Positions 49,317-62,750 of a DNA stretch of 64,000 bases are shown in pieces (position 1 is the first letter of the stretch; each line of letters opens with the position of its first letter). Position numbers and translations under genes: made by a program. The stretch is taken from the NCBI GenBank assembly GCA_028534125.1, contig CM052818.1, positions 41,542,001 to 41,606,000 of the forward strand. The letters are read 5' to 3'. The stretch comes from Lama glama (lineage: Eukaryota). The notes under the pieces were generated by a model. The model saw nothing but the letters and a program-made list of their open reading frames with translations. It did not search any database and was not told the DNA's origin.

Positions 49317-50020
49317 GCTGTTTCTCACTGGGCACCATTTTGGAAAATTGTAAGAATGTTTTTGTTGTCAGAGTAACTGGGAGGTGAGCCTGGCGTTTGA
49401 TGTATGGAACCCAAAGAAGTTAGATGGAATTTGTGAGATAGGATTGCATGACAAAGAATCTTCCCTGATCTCGCACAATTTTTAAATAACTCATTGGACT
49501 TCCAAGCAGGTGACACACCTATTTATTGTTCTCTGAGCCTAGACGCTCACTCTGTTTTACATACACACAAAGTAAACTACTTGTGTGTGGTTTTATTACA
49601 CATCAAATTTTTTATGGTTGTCAAGGAAAGATTGTAGTTTTGCTTGAAACACATCCAAGATTTGCTCATCTTTTCAGAAAATCATGTCATCAATGGTAAT
49701 GGTACTTATGGGGCTTGAGTTGTCAACACACTACTCCTTTATTAGTCTGCATTTATAGCTTACATTCATGGTGATTCTATCTAGTGGCCTAAACTTGTGA
49801 CAACTCCCTCAGGTATACTAGTGTAGTTTGAGACAGCTTCTACATATTAAAATGGACACTTTTTTATTATAAATTACTTTCTTTTTATTTCTTCACTAAA
49901 TTGCTGTCAGGCATGATGTTTTTTCTTAATTATATGATAGGTGGTTAATCTATCTATGAATTCAATCACAGAATAATAAAGGGGAGATTGCAAATGATTT
50001 AAAATAAAAAGGTGTTATGT
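49317..50020. mobile_element. MER20B-like hAT-Charlie relic
   Basis: ggcaccattttggaaaattgt...tgttgtca...ctctgagcctaga...tcagaaaatcatgtca...agtctgcatttatagc resembles the recalled MER20B consensus. Confidence 0.65.
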
Positions 50021-51043
50021 TTGCTGGGGGAGGAAGGAAGGGGCGTGATTCTTCTAAAAAGTCCTAACTGATACAGAATTAGGCAGCATGAAGTGGGAGT
50101 TCTTAAAATAACAGATCTTTAAATGGGGAGTTGGCACAACTGTTGGAGTGGATAAAAAATAATGATAAGACTCTTCTAGGTCAGGCTGGGAAGTTAGCCA
50201 TCTCTGGCTTTGCATTTGAAAACTTTAGTGAAACCAACTAACTCACACTTTGGAAAGATCATCATGCATATTCAAAGCTATCGCTTTAGAGAAGGTGACA
50301 TAAAAATTCAGAGAAGTAATGGCTATGTCCTGTGGCCTTCCATTTGGTCTTATAGGAAATATAAAAGTCTTCAACTGAGCCATGTTAGAAGGACATCTGC
50401 CTTTATGGAGGGAGGAAGGAGTTCTCCCACGTGGATTGTACACCTGGTAATAAGGAGTTGGCAGAGCTGGAAGAACAAAACACTATCCCAATATGTGGGA
50501 GAAGAAGCAGACAGCTGAGTGCCTTAAATGAAGACAAAACCTGGCTCCAAGACAAGCATGGTCTGTAAAGATCTTCATTGGACAGTCTCAGTCCAGATCA
50601 GGGAGACAGCCCTGATCATGTGAAGAGGCACCTGGATGCAAATTAGTGAAAGTCAGGATCCGGACCTTCTCACCCCTGGTTGGCAGCTGTTGTCTCAAAT
50701 TGTCCTGTTGCTATAATTTGAGAAGTCTAGATCCAAGAGGAGGAGGAATGGAAAAAAGGGAGGGATTATTTGTCTGTTTAAGGCCTTCCCACCTGGTCCA
50801 CTTTCCTATTTTAAGAACTCTCATCCTTAGAATGTTTATCTCCACCAACGAAGACTTACAGGGTTGTGGATTTACAAGTAGCCACAATAGGATAGCCTCG
50901 TCAGATTACGGTGGTGGCTCTGCTGGTCATCGGGAGGAACCCACATCCCCAGCAGAATAGCTGTTTCACTTTATCAGGTCCAAAGATGCGGAAGCCTTAT
51001 CTATCAGCAATTTCATCACTAGGCATGTACATTAAAGAAATAC

Positions 51044-51391
51044 ATAATGCCATTTGCAGCAACATGGATGGACCTAGAGACTAGCATACTAAGTGGAGTA
51101 AGTCAGAGAGAGAAAGACAAATGTCATACGATATCACTTATATGTGGAATCTAAAAAAAAAAATGACACAATGTACTTGTTTACAAAACAGAAATAGACT
51201 CACAGACATAGAAAACACACTTATGGTTACCAAAGGGGAAAAGAGTTGGGGGGTAAATTAGGAGTTTGGGATTTGCAGATGTAAACTACTGTATATAAAA
51301 TAGATAAACAACAAGGTCCAACTGTGTAGCACAGGTAACTATATTCAATAGCTTGTAATAACCTGTAATGGAAAAGAATTTGAAAAAGTAT

Positions 51392-51427
<36 letters not shown>

Positions 51428-51503
51428 AATGTATAACTGAATCACTATGCTATACACCAGAAGCTAACACAACATTGTAAACCAACAATACTTCAATAAA
51501 AAA
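51044..51503 (+). mobile_element. L1 3' end (same type as 38.6 kb copy) with internal (CA)n
   Basis: ataatgccatttgcagcaacatggatggacctagaga...aatcactatgctatacaccagaagctaacacaacattgtaaa...cttcaataaaaaa. (CA)n at about 51393-51425. Confidence 0.92.
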
Positions 51504-53559
51504 GGGAAGGCAAGCACTTGTGCACCAGAACATACGCACAAAACGTTCATCACTACATCGTAAAAGCCAGAATGCAAAATTCTCTTTGCCTAGGATTGCG
51601 AGGATTCTGGAAACAGTGAGAAAAAGAAATCCACAGTAGGGTTAGCAGTCACATTATGCAGCTACTCCGAGGGCAGAGCTACTTGGTAAAGCCTATATTG
51701 TCGGGAAATAAGGAGCGCTTTCGGATAGTGACCATGACCATGATTCTTAGAATTGATAAAACACATTGGTCAATCTCTCACTACAGACTTTGGGGAGTAG
51801 GATGGTTGGGGTGGTTTCCTCATTCTATAGGGGAGAAAGCACAGCACAGACAGGTGAAGTCCAACAGTCTATGGGCAGCAAGTAGAGCAGCCTGGACTCG
51901 AACCCGCTTCTTCTGAATTCAAGGGGGTGGATGTTCCCACTCCACCCGCTGCCTCTGCCCTGAAGCTTAGAACTTCAGATGTATTATATCCACGTCCGTA
52001 ACTCTCTATGTAACCACATATTCCCATTTGGGATGAAAATAATTCCTGTTCCTCTTAAAGACATGTTTCTTAACAAACTACTCTACCCTGGATGCCTTAT
52101 GTTTACCACTTGGATATATGTTATCGTGGTGTGAGGTAGCTTAGATCTATATTTACTTTAGACTTTTTTTGCTTTTGTTTTCAAAGTCAGGTCCTCTCTT
52201 CTCCAGTAGTACTGGTGTTGTCTCCTCCCCTTTATTCACTATTGCTGGAAGGGGGACTTCTAAATGGCCACATTTCTTAGAATTACATGATGAGTAAAAT
52301 TACTAAAGTTATCACCTGGTATTTTGTGCATTCACGCTGTGATTCTTTGGGATATAAAAGTCATGTTCTTTAAGCAGGAACGCTTCAGTTAAGCGTTTGG
52401 CTTTAACGCTTCACGGTTACAGGGCGTTTGGGTCCCTTTCCTCAGTGCACGTGTTCCGTGAATGTAAACACATCCGCGCTCCTGCATCTTCCTACTTTCC
52501 AGAAGTATCCCCCTCCTTACTCCACTGGCACAGGGTTAGGCTCTCAGAAAATGCCTGAATGAGCTGCAGAGACAGGTGGGCAGATGGGTGTCAGCCAGTC
52601 TCTTCAGCCTCAGGTCTCTTAACTTGGCTTTCAGAAGATCAAATGGCGATGCTATGATGTACCTTTCAACCTGGTGAGGATGACGTGTGATTCAGGTAAA
52701 GCAACTAGCTCAGTGCCTGGCAGGGACTTGGCCCTCAGTAATAGCGGTTTTCACTCTCTCCTTCTCTCTCTCTCTCTCAAACAGACACACACCCACACAC
52801 ACACTCTTATATCACACACCATCTGTTCTCTTCCTCTTGGATGCGCACACTGTCCACGCTGTCCCCATGGCTTTCCTATTTGGATGATGTTGCCTTCAAA
52901 AGCAGTCTACCACCAAGCCCACTGTCGTCCTGGCGAACTGAACGATCCCCCCAGGCTGGCTCAGAGCAGAGATGTCCCTGCCACCAGGTGAAGACGCTCT
53001 CCCTGGAGCAGCTGCGATGAAGGCAGCCAATCCCTGAGCACATGAGGTTTATCTGCCAGTTGAAGAAGTGCTTTCTTTTACAGAAACAAACGGAATTAAT
53101 AATGAATATGTTGCTTCGTAATTAAACTTAGATTCTTAAATAAACAAATCAATAAGAATGATGAAAGATTTCGAATGGAAATTAAAATAATAAATATTCC
53201 TGTCAATTTATTTTTGCCACATGGTTTAATAGGTTATTTTGAGCCCAGTGAAGGAGTGGGAAAGAAGACACACAAAGAAATTCCTGTCTCCTGTCTCCAA
53301 TTTACTTTCTGGTTAAGAATCTTATTTGTGGGATGATTTGTGGCCATGTCTTTATAAACGAACTGAGGAAACAAGGCAAATAACTTGAACTTCAGGGGGA
53401 GGGCGGGTCCCACTGAAGGACTGACTTGCTTTCAATTTAGTCGGTGAAAGAGTTTGGACCAAGACTGCACTGCTGATTTGAGACCCTGTGGCACAAAGGG
53501 GGAAACATTAGGAAGATCAACAGGCAGATTTGGGACATAGCCCAACCCCCACTCCATCC

Positions 53560-53745
53560 AGCACCAGCTGTGTGACATCGCTCAGAATCCTAATCTGAGC
53601 TTCAACGTCCTCATCTATAAAATACAGCTCACAACTTCTACCTTGTGGATTCGTGTGAGGGTTAATAGAAAGCAATCCAAAATAAAGCACTTTGAACAAT
53701 ATCCTAATGTACAGTAGGTGCTCAAAATAATAGTTATAATGATTA
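53560..53745 (+). mobile_element. MIR SINE
   Basis: ccagctgtgtgac...ctgagcttcaacgtcctcatctataaaat...acagtaggtgctcaaaa. Confidence 0.75.
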
Positions 53746-56584
53746 TTCTATTATTATCTTCACCAGCTACATGTGGAACTTTCTTCTGGCTCCAAAGTTG
53801 AGCTCATCCAGCATCTTTCTGCTCCGACCCTCTGGACTTCCTCAGCCAGGAAGGTGTTAGTGTCACCTCCTTTATTATACTGTACTCCACTTAAAGAAAG
53901 GGACTCTCCATCTTCTGTTTCTCCGAGAGTGCCTGGCAGTGCCAGCACACAGGCTTCGTCAAGATTTCAAGTGCAGGGCTGTGGACACAACTTTGGGCTT
54001 GAAGTCCAGTGCTCTCTCTTCTACATATGTTATCTCTGGAAGTATGTCACCAACGGGGACTTGGGGATGTTCAACAGAAGCCTTAGGGGTCCAGGGAGAA
54101 GAGGTCCTTTGGAAACGAGCCTTACCTACAGGTGATTTTCCCCACACCACACCCACCCACATCCTTCACACACATGATGCCTTGATTTTGAGCCCCTGCA
54201 CAGTAAAAACAATCAGATGTGTTATACTAGAAAATCTAAATTCGATCAAAAGTTCTAGTGGGAAGAGGATATGGTATGGGAAGGGAAGGTTGAGAAGAAG
54301 TAAAGAAGTAAAAGAAAGGGGCCAAGAGGACTTGATAGAACAAGATGGTGGATTGGCTTCACCCTAAGCCCTTCAAATGGCTCCAACCCCCCAAACAGCC
54401 CATCACAGGGGACATGGTGGAGCCCAGCCATGCTCCACTGTGCCATCTTTGACAGTCACTCAGAGACCCTCCTGCACCTGTCCCCTCCTAATGTGGCTTT
54501 TGCTCAGTCTCACTGTCTCTCCCACACCTTGGCTCTGTTATCTGATCCCTCACATAAGCCTCAGGCCCTCCTCGTTTTGACAACTCACTTGGACCTTTTC
54601 TCCAGTTTAATTATCCACAGGTCTCAACCTGCATATCCCCAAACACCTCCCTTCGGCATCCGTGTAGGAGTGCCCCTGCTGCTTGCCTCATTCCATAGGA
54701 CCACGATGTTCGATGTTCATGTTCACTCAGCCCTCCTGAAAATGTTGGGGAGCCGTCAGGGGAAAGGTGGAGAGAAAGGTGGGAGGAAGGAGCAGCTACT
54801 TAATTCAGGTGTCACCTGTGCTCAGAAGTGCTCATAGTCTCTTGCCAGTTTAAGGATTAGCGCTGATACTCGTTAACAATTGTATGTCGAAATGTTCAAA
54901 CTCGTGACTATTTTGGTTTTGAATCCTTGAGATTTTATTTAGTCCTCTTAGGCAAGAGAACAGGATAGAAATGATCTCTTACCACTTTCGCTCTTTGCCC
55001 AGGTCCTGCAGCAACTTAACCTATGAAATGTTGCAGAGAGAATAGCCCATTTTAAGGACAGATGGCCTGATAACCACTGCAGAACAAGTCTGTAGATTCC
55101 GCAATAATTTATGAAAAGGCCAGGTGCTGTCAATGCATTTTTGCCAAGACCTGTTTGAAAAGGGAGACTAGAAGTACAATCCCAGCTGGTAATGGTAGGG
55201 TCAAACCGTGTAAAATGAGGTAGAGTCTGACTGTCACAAGACTGGGAATCCATCACAGCAGATCTTAAAGCTGCAGGAGCTCTTCCCGAGTACTCGGAGG
55301 AGCGCTGCCTTGGAGGTATGCATCTTAACTTGAACAGAACTAGCTTGGTTTGAAAGTGGAGATTTTTTCCTAGAAGTTTCATTGACTGTGTTTCATCATC
55401 CACTTGTAGAGCTACCTCAACTGCTTTTCCCCATCCCTTCTTTTCAGTAAGACCTTTACTCTTCTTGCTAACTAAGGAGTTTCAGCCTCTGTGTTTTTCA
55501 GACAACAGTTCCCATCATTGGCGAGAGATGAGGAATTTTTGTATGTATTTCCTCCTCAGCATCAGGTTTGTATTTTAGCTCAGCCCTTATTAGGCCAAAG
55601 GAGCCAACAGGTTTCCGACCTGAGCATAAGCAAGTCAGATTTTTTTAAAACAAAACACAACACTTAATAACAGGCATCTATCTAATATTTCTTTCATTTT
55701 TTCCCACCTGATTCTACAAAAGCGTTTGCAATGATGATTGTTTCACATGCAGCATGAAGAGATGGTATAATTTAAAGCAAGCTTTCAGATTTCCCTGTGG
55801 TGACAAAAATCGATCCATTCATTGATTTGATCAAAAAATGATTATTGCCTATGTTCTTTGCCAGGCATTGGGGATACTACAGTGAACGTAAAGAGTTCAA
55901 AGAATGTAAGGATGAAAGATGAAGAATTTCAAGGCAGACAGCAATTAGCACAATAGCCTAGTCATTCTCCTGTTTATCTTGACAGATTTCCACGGCTGTT
56001 ACTTACACTGAATAGTGACTTGGCCAAATAAAAGGTAGGAAATAGTATAAGAATTAGAACTGCAGTGATTAGAGCATCAAGAGCCCTTAGAAATCACCTC
56101 TTTCTCATTTGCAGTGTAGCTACTGAGGCAGAGAGAGGGAGACCGACTTGTCCAAGATCATAGATCAAGAACGGGAGATTGTCAGGAATCTGCTCTGTTT
56201 GACGGTGGGGGCGGGATGAGTAAGACTCTCCTTTGCTTGGGTTCCAAGCAAGTGCAGATCTAGGTGAACTGATGTGGTGACATCAAAGTCATCACCACTA
56301 ATATGATCCCAGCTGCCTTCTTCCCTTGAGCCTTTTCTGGACGGACATGCTTTCTCTTGCAAGAATGATTTTCCATTGTTGACTTCAGAACAGGACAGAC
56401 TTTGTTTTCACTTGTTCTTTGTTATCTTTTGGTTTTGTTTTCTGGTTTTATGGTGAATCTTTTGCTATTATTGTTATTATTTGTTTGTCTACTCAATATC
56501 AATATTTCCTACAAGGAAGGAGAAATGTTATTAGTGCATTAGAACTCTGAATCCAGAAATAAAAATAATTAAAGGTCTATAGAA

Positions 56585-56755
56585 GGGGGCAGGGTACAGC
56601 TCAGTGGTAGAGCACGTGCTTAGCATGCATGAGGTCCTGGGTTCAACCCCCAGTACCTCCGTTAAAATAAATAAGTAAATAAATAAAAATGCAATTATCT
56701 TATCCCCTAAAACAGACCAAAAAAAAAGGCAATAAATAAATAAAATACTTTTTAA
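56585..56755 (+). mobile_element. tRNA-Ala-derived SINE (camelid Vic-1-like)
   Basis: A-box AGCTCAGTGG (56598-56607), TTAGCAT anticodon-like loop (AGC), B-box GGTTCAACCC (56640-56649), AATA-rich tail. TSD aaaggtctatagaa (56571-56584) / aaatgcctatagaa (56756-56769). Confidence 0.93.
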
Positions 56756-57149
56756 AAATGCCTATAGAAATGTTTTCTGAGCTCACCAGCCTGAATCTCT
56801 ACTCACGCTCTGTGGCCTGACCTATAAAATGTTGCACAGAGAGAATATCCCAGTTACGGAATGATAACACAGTGACCACCACAAAACAGGTCTCTAAGTT
56901 CCACAAAACTTTGTGAAAAGGCCAGACGCATTTTGGTAAAGCGTGCAAACATAAAGAAAGGGAGAATCTATTGCTTTTGTATTTTCTCCTCAACTGGCTC
57001 CCAGCTCAGTAAACCAAGATGCCCATCTATTGACCAAACCAGGGCAGCCTGCCTGGCCCCTGTGGCTCTCCAGACCGAGTTTTCAAAGTAAAATGTGCCT
57101 TTTTCTAGAAAAGCAGAGTCTCCTTCTCAGATGGGAAATATGGAGCAAG

Positions 57150-57278
57150 TAGAATAACTATGTAATTCATTGTTCAAACCAGGATACTTTGAAAGTGGAA
57201 GGGGCACTGTTCACAATTACTCCTAGACAACATGTTAACTAGAACTTTCCAGGGACCCTGGGACAGGTCATGACCCTA
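57150..57278. mobile_element. MER94-like hAT-Blackjack MITE
   Basis: tagaataactat...tcaaaccaggatactttgaaagtggaagggg...tgacccta, about 130 bp, matching the recalled consensus. Confidence 0.72.
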
Positions 57279-57479
57279 CGCATGAGGGAAAGAGCTTCGC
57301 ACTGAGGTCACCTCCACCTGAGATGGGGTCTGCACTCACATCCCACAGGCTGAGTTGGTACCTTCTGTGTGAAACAGGCGTCACAATGCAGGCTGCTTTG
57401 CAGCGTGTGGCTTCCCATTAGCCGAGGCTGTATATAAAGGCCCGGGGCCCATGGTAGGTTTTCAAGGCAGCCATAGCTA

Positions 57480-57650
57480 ACACAGCAACCTTATCAGATG
57501 GGTATTCTTATTACCCAATGAAAACATTAAGGAAACTGAAGCATAAAGACGCTGAGTAAGTCATCCAAGGCCACAGAGCTAGTAGGCGTAGAGCTGATGG
57601 CACCCCCGCCCTGGCCTGTGGCTTCATCGTCTGGGCCCCTAACCTCTACA
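57480..57650 (-). mobile_element. MIR SINE
   Basis: cacagcaaccttat...ggaaactgaagcataaaga...tcatccaaggccacagagctagtag. Confidence 0.72.
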
Positions 57651-58504
57651 CTAGCTCACCACCCAGTGTAAGTGAATTGTGTAATGTGAATCTACCCGCA
57701 CGTAAGGAGGTGCTCCGTCAACAAGGTGGTGTGATGGGCCCTTGTTTGGGGAGGTGTGGAGGTGCAGTGAGGGAGGCGAGGGCTGGGAGCAAGTGAAGGT
57801 GTGAACTTGGCACATGGCCTCCTTTTTCTTTGCAATGCAAAGTTAAATGCCCGGAAGCCCACTTGCTGAGCGACCCTAAAAAGTCTCCCATCTCCAAGGT
57901 CAGTTTCCTCACCTCTAAGTCAGGATGTTGGAGAAAGGTCGCCTCTAGCACATCTGTCTGTTCTCTGAGACAAAGACTTTCCCATTTCCCTGTGTTTCTT
58001 GAGTCAACTTCTGGCTGTGCCTCTGCGGTCCTGGGAAACCTAGAAAGGCCCTGAACTGCCTGGGCTGCCAGGAGGAGTAGGCTTACCTTCTCTCTAGACT
58101 GCCCCCCGGGCCAGACCGGGCATCCTGGGCTGTGTGGGCGAGAAGCGGATCCCCACACACCCACACCTCAGCCAGCCAGAGCGACTGACCACCCATGCTC
58201 GAGCTGGCCCCGGCCACATCAGAGGGCAGCCTGGGTGGCCTCGTTGTCACTGCAGGCAGAGCTGTCCACCAGGATTAGCTGGACCAGCCGCAATGGCTCG
58301 TGCCCAACTCCCTGTTCCTCAGGGCTCAAGTGCAAGGCATTTCTCTCCCAATCCTTCCAGCTGCTCCTTAGAACGGAGCTCGCTATGAAAAGCAATAAAA
58401 TCTACATACGGGGAAAGACAATCTGTTCTGGCAATGTGTTCTGTGCATGCATGTGAATCAGACATCTGAAATGTCACAGGTAGAAAGTCCCAAAGAGTAA
58501 TCCA

Positions 58505-59160
58505 TTTTCATTCATTCATTCATTCATTCATTCATTCATGTGTTCAGCAAACATTTCTTTAACATCTATGTGCTGGATACAATGCTAGATGTCAGGGATT
58601 AAAAGATACTCAGACATAATCTTAATCTTAAAAACAACACAAAATAAAAGAAAACCTCACAATATATAAAGGAACAGCCATGGAAATAAGTTATTTCTTT
58701 ATAAGTTAAGATGCAGCAATGATATTCACAGATTAGAGAACATATCAAAGTCTCTGCTTAGAAAGGATGGGAGTGCAGGGGTTATAGACAGTTTCTTAGG
58801 GAAAGAGATTTACACTACAGCCTTAGAATAGAAATCAGATGGGCAAAAGGAGGGTGAGAAGAGCTAACACAAGCAGAGAAGGGAAGCCTCCGGACACCCT
58901 CCGCGTTGGTAGGTCTGTGGCACAGAGTATGGAGGAAGGAGGAACAAGACATGGGACTGGAGGGATGGGCAAGTGGTAGTCACAGAGGAGCTCATAAACC
59001 AGACACATAAGCGTGGCCTTTACCTTTACTGGGGGGACAGAACGTCATCGAAGAGTTAGGTGAGCAGGTGCAGAGATCTGTGTTCAGCACAGAAAGGCCG
59101 TTCCGGCAGCTGTGCCCGCACAAGGGCTCTGGACGGGGCTGGGAGGCAGGGACGCTAATG
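58505..59160 (-). mobile_element. L2 3' end with (TTCA)n tail
   Basis: (ttca)n at about 58507-58539, then cagcaaacatt...atgtgctggatacaatgctagatg. Confidence 0.75.
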
Positions 59161-60199
59161 AGGAATCCACATCATAACCCACTAGGAGGCAGTGAGCCCT
59201 CCACCCAGTGCAGCCCAGAGAACAAGAGGGAGATGCGGCTTCCCTGAGGTCACACCGCAGGTTTGCGACAGAGCAGAGAAGGGAATTCAATTCAACATGT
59301 TTCCAGTTCTGTGATAACACAAGCCTTGGAGGGAAAGGAAAGCTCCCAGTGGGCTCTGCACACTGGCTCTGTGACTCCTTCCAGCTAAGCATTCTGAGGC
59401 TCAAAGTCCTCATCTGTGAAATGGGGTCATTCCCTTGTCGCTTACATCCCAGAACTGTTCTAAGTATCAGGTGTGAAGAGAGCCGGAAAGGGTTTTGTAG
59501 AGGATACAGAGCTGAGCCAGGGTTCTTATTTTATTCACAAAATCAGCGTGACACTGATGACTGGGAAAAAAGCACCTTGGAAGCAAATGTTTTAGAGAAA
59601 TTTGGGGATTTGATCACATAGATTAAGATACCCCCTTTCTACTGTCTACCTTTCTAGTTCTTTGTTTCACCTTGGTTGGCCAGGACAGCCTTGCTGCAAT
59701 GTAGACAGTGTCTGTTTTCTGACAGGAGAAAAAAGAGAAGACACTGCACGCAAGATTATCAAGGACAGACCTCACCTGAACATAGGAGACCTCACCGAAT
59801 CATCTTTATTGACAGTTATCTGCGTTAACAAATTTAAAGCTTTCTACACTACAAGTTCTTTAATATGCTGAAAACATGGTTCCATTTACAGAAGTACAAC
59901 TGATAAATATTCAACAACAGATCTGCATGAATGATCACACTCTGAAGTTTCCCCTCAATTGTAAAATGTAAGTTTGACCCCGGACTAAGTCCGTAGGAAG
60001 CTACCATCATACTTTCTTCCCTGAGCCTTTTAGAGAGAAGGAGTTGGCCCGGCTCCCACAGAGCACTTGACAAGGAGCAAAACAGTGTCCCTCCATTTGC
60101 TCTCCAGGTCTCGGTCTCCCTCTATCTTTTATGACCTGGGTGACGATCTGTCACGTGTTCCTTTGACTTGGGTAGCCTGTGGGGCTGTCTAGGGTAATG

Positions 60200-60532
60200 G
60201 ACCTGCATTTCCCTGGAGATTTCTTTACACTCCTGGCTTCAGATCATCCTTCTGCCTCTGAAGTGAGAAATAGGCTGCTTCTCCCTTTAGATACCCTGGA
60301 GAAGAAAACCGTGACTTCTGTGGACGGCAGTGGGCATCCTGCTCCACGTCCACGGAGATGACATATAACACCTGGCTTCCATTTTAGCCGAGCCCACGTT
60401 GGGCCACAACTGGGCAGGTTGTGTTGGTTCCAGCAGCGTCCCGCTTGGCAGTTCTTTTCTCGCCTGGGGCACTCTACCCAGAGGACCTCGCCTGCACCCG
60501 CAACTGGGTTACAAGGAGAGTGGCAGGTGTTT
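60200..60532. mobile_element. Possible decayed LTR fragment
   Basis: Ends ...ctgggttaca, with LTR-like motif order. Family not recognised. Confidence 0.3.
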
Positions 60533-61584
60533 ACACCAGCCCCACAGCACACGGGCAGGGACTGGCCTCATTAAGTGCACTGTGTGTGCACGTGTCAGCA
60601 GGTTCATTTTGGTAAGCAATTCTCTCTCTATATGTCGACCACTAATGGTGTCTCAAAATTGTACTGTTCATCATTTGGTCTAATTACTAAGGTTTAGGAC
60701 ATTCTTATCACGTATAATGACTGGTTAGCCTATTAGATAATTACCACGATCTCACAATAACTTTGAGGCATGTTTACGATCTTAGAAGAGTGCATCCACA
60801 GTGGCCAAATGAAATGTGTTGTTTCCCGAAAGTCCAGCTAGTCAGAGGGGTTGGGTGGCAGAAATGCAGACTCTGCCCAGCGTGGTCCCTGCCGCAGGAG
60901 ACTTTTCCTTCCGCACCAGCTCTCTGCTGAGACAGGCTGTTCTCACTTCTCCCTGGACCTGTCTTCCCTCACACAGTCTTTTGCTCCAAGAATTCCCTCT
61001 GCATTTTAGGATCACTGTCTAAATCCTGTGCTCTGCTCAGATCTACTAAAGGCAAGAGCTGTGATACAGGAGGGGGACAAGGGGACAAAGGCCATCTGCC
61101 TTTAGCCTCCCTCGGGTCCCCCTGCCTAAGGTCCCCCTGCTCTCCTTGTCTGTCTCTATCTGGTCCTCTGAAGGCTTGAAAAAGGCATAGATGCATTGGG
61201 CTTTGAACTGAAAAAAGAAGAGTAGGATTAGAGCATCTCACCGGATTTTAAATATAAGAAGCACCTGTAATGGTCATTGAAGACCACCTGCTTTCCCCGA
61301 CCAGTAATACCCAGTTCCCTCTACCACATCCTTGCCAAGGTCATCACAGCTTTGCTGGACCACACACTCCGAAAGGCAGGGAATGCAGTTTCTTTGTCTC
61401 TGTGTTGCCATTGCCCAGCACAGTGGAAGCACAGAATAGTTGCTTAGTAAATGTTACGTAATTATTCATTCATTCCTATTGAATAAATGCATAATGGGGT
61501 TGGCCAGTCCAGTCTCATGTGTACTCAGGAGCTGAGAGACACTTTCTCATAAGGTAGCCCACTGACATTTGAATGGCTTTCACC

Positions 61585-61780
61585 ATCAAAAATTTTTTCC
61601 TTAGATTGGGTCTAAATCTATCCCAGTGTGACTGCCATCCCATTGGCCCCCGCTCTGCCCTACAGAGGCACACAGAGCAAATCTCCTTCTATGGAGGTTT
61701 ATAGGTAGCGACGTGTTCCCACCAAACATCTCTTCTCTGTGTTGATCAAGCCCAGATCCTTTGGCTACTTCTGAGCAGGT
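61585..61780 (-). mobile_element. L3/CR1 fragment
   Basis: ttttttccttagattgggtctaaatct...cccattgg...ctctgccc...tcttctct...agcccagatcctt. Confidence 0.6.
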
Positions 61781-62344
61781 GATTCTGAGTCTTTGCTTGG
61801 GCTCCTCCATGTGCAAGTAGAACCATCCTGTGGAGTGTCTCCCGTGGAACGGCCCTCAAGGTCCCCGCATTTCAGCATAACAGAGGTTTGTTTCTGAGAC
61901 CAAATGGTCTGGGAAAGGGTGTCTTTGGAGGAGAAATGAGTGTGGACCCCTGAGTGGGGCAAGCCGATTCTCTCCTGGAGTTTTCTCCTTATGGCTCCAT
62001 GTTTCTGAAGATCAAGGTCTTGTGATCCATCTATTTAAGGTACACTTTGTCCTTCTATGGCCTGGAACCTCAGTTGACGCAAGTGCCACTGTAGTCGCTG
62101 GGTGAAAGGTTAGGGACACAGCACCCGCCGTGGTTTTTACCTTGTACAGTAACCAGTCTGGCTGTACTTTTAACTTTGAATTTTTCTTCTTTTCTTTGCT
62201 TATAATGATCAAGGTCTAGAGTCCCAACAAACCCCACGTTAGTATATTTTTATATTCTTTCAAATTAACTTTCTTTACTTTTGCTTATAATTATCAAGTT
62301 CTAGAGTACCAGCACAGAGTCTTTAAATATCAGCTGAACAACCT

Positions 62345-62450
62345 CTCCCCTTTATGAATGGAGAAACTGAGGCCCAGGGAGGTGAAATGACTCGGCTCGA
62401 GGTCACAGTGCAACGTGGTGGTGAATCCAGGGCTTGGACCAGCTCCCCCT
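62345..62450 (-). mobile_element. MIR SINE core
   Basis: atggagaaactgaggcccagggaggtgaaatgactcggctcgaggtcacag. Confidence 0.75.
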
Positions 62451-62539
62451 CTGCCGAGCCTGAGCACTTAATTTCTTCTGCCCCTGGATCAGGTCCTAGG
62501 GTCCTGCGTGGCTTCCAAGGTCCAGCTCAAAGGCCCCTT

Positions 62540-62750
62540 TACCTGTGAAACTTTCCTCAACATCCCCAGCCAGAAATGATGCACATGCTGTGTACTCAGG
62601 ACGTAGCACCCATCACAGGGCATCGCAACTTTCTTGAATGTCTGCTTCCCACACTGCAGTGTGGACTTCTCAAGGGTAGGAATCACATCTTGTTTATTAT
62701 CCACTTCACAGCTAGTACAGTGCCTGGACTATGGTGAGTCCTTAGTAAAC
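62540..62750 (+). mobile_element. L2 3' end
   Basis: tgaaactttcctcaac...tgtctgcttcccacact...ttctcaagggtaggaatcacatcttg...tacagtgcctgg. Confidence 0.7.

Noticed and set aside
56585..56660. tRNA-Ala(AGC) gene
   Set aside because: The tRNA-like head is followed by an A-rich tail and flanked by a TSD, and two homologous copies occur in the window, so it is a SINE.
62195..62314. CRISPR-like repeat-spacer-repeat
   Set aside because: Only two imperfect copies, in a mammalian repeat-rich context with no cas genes.
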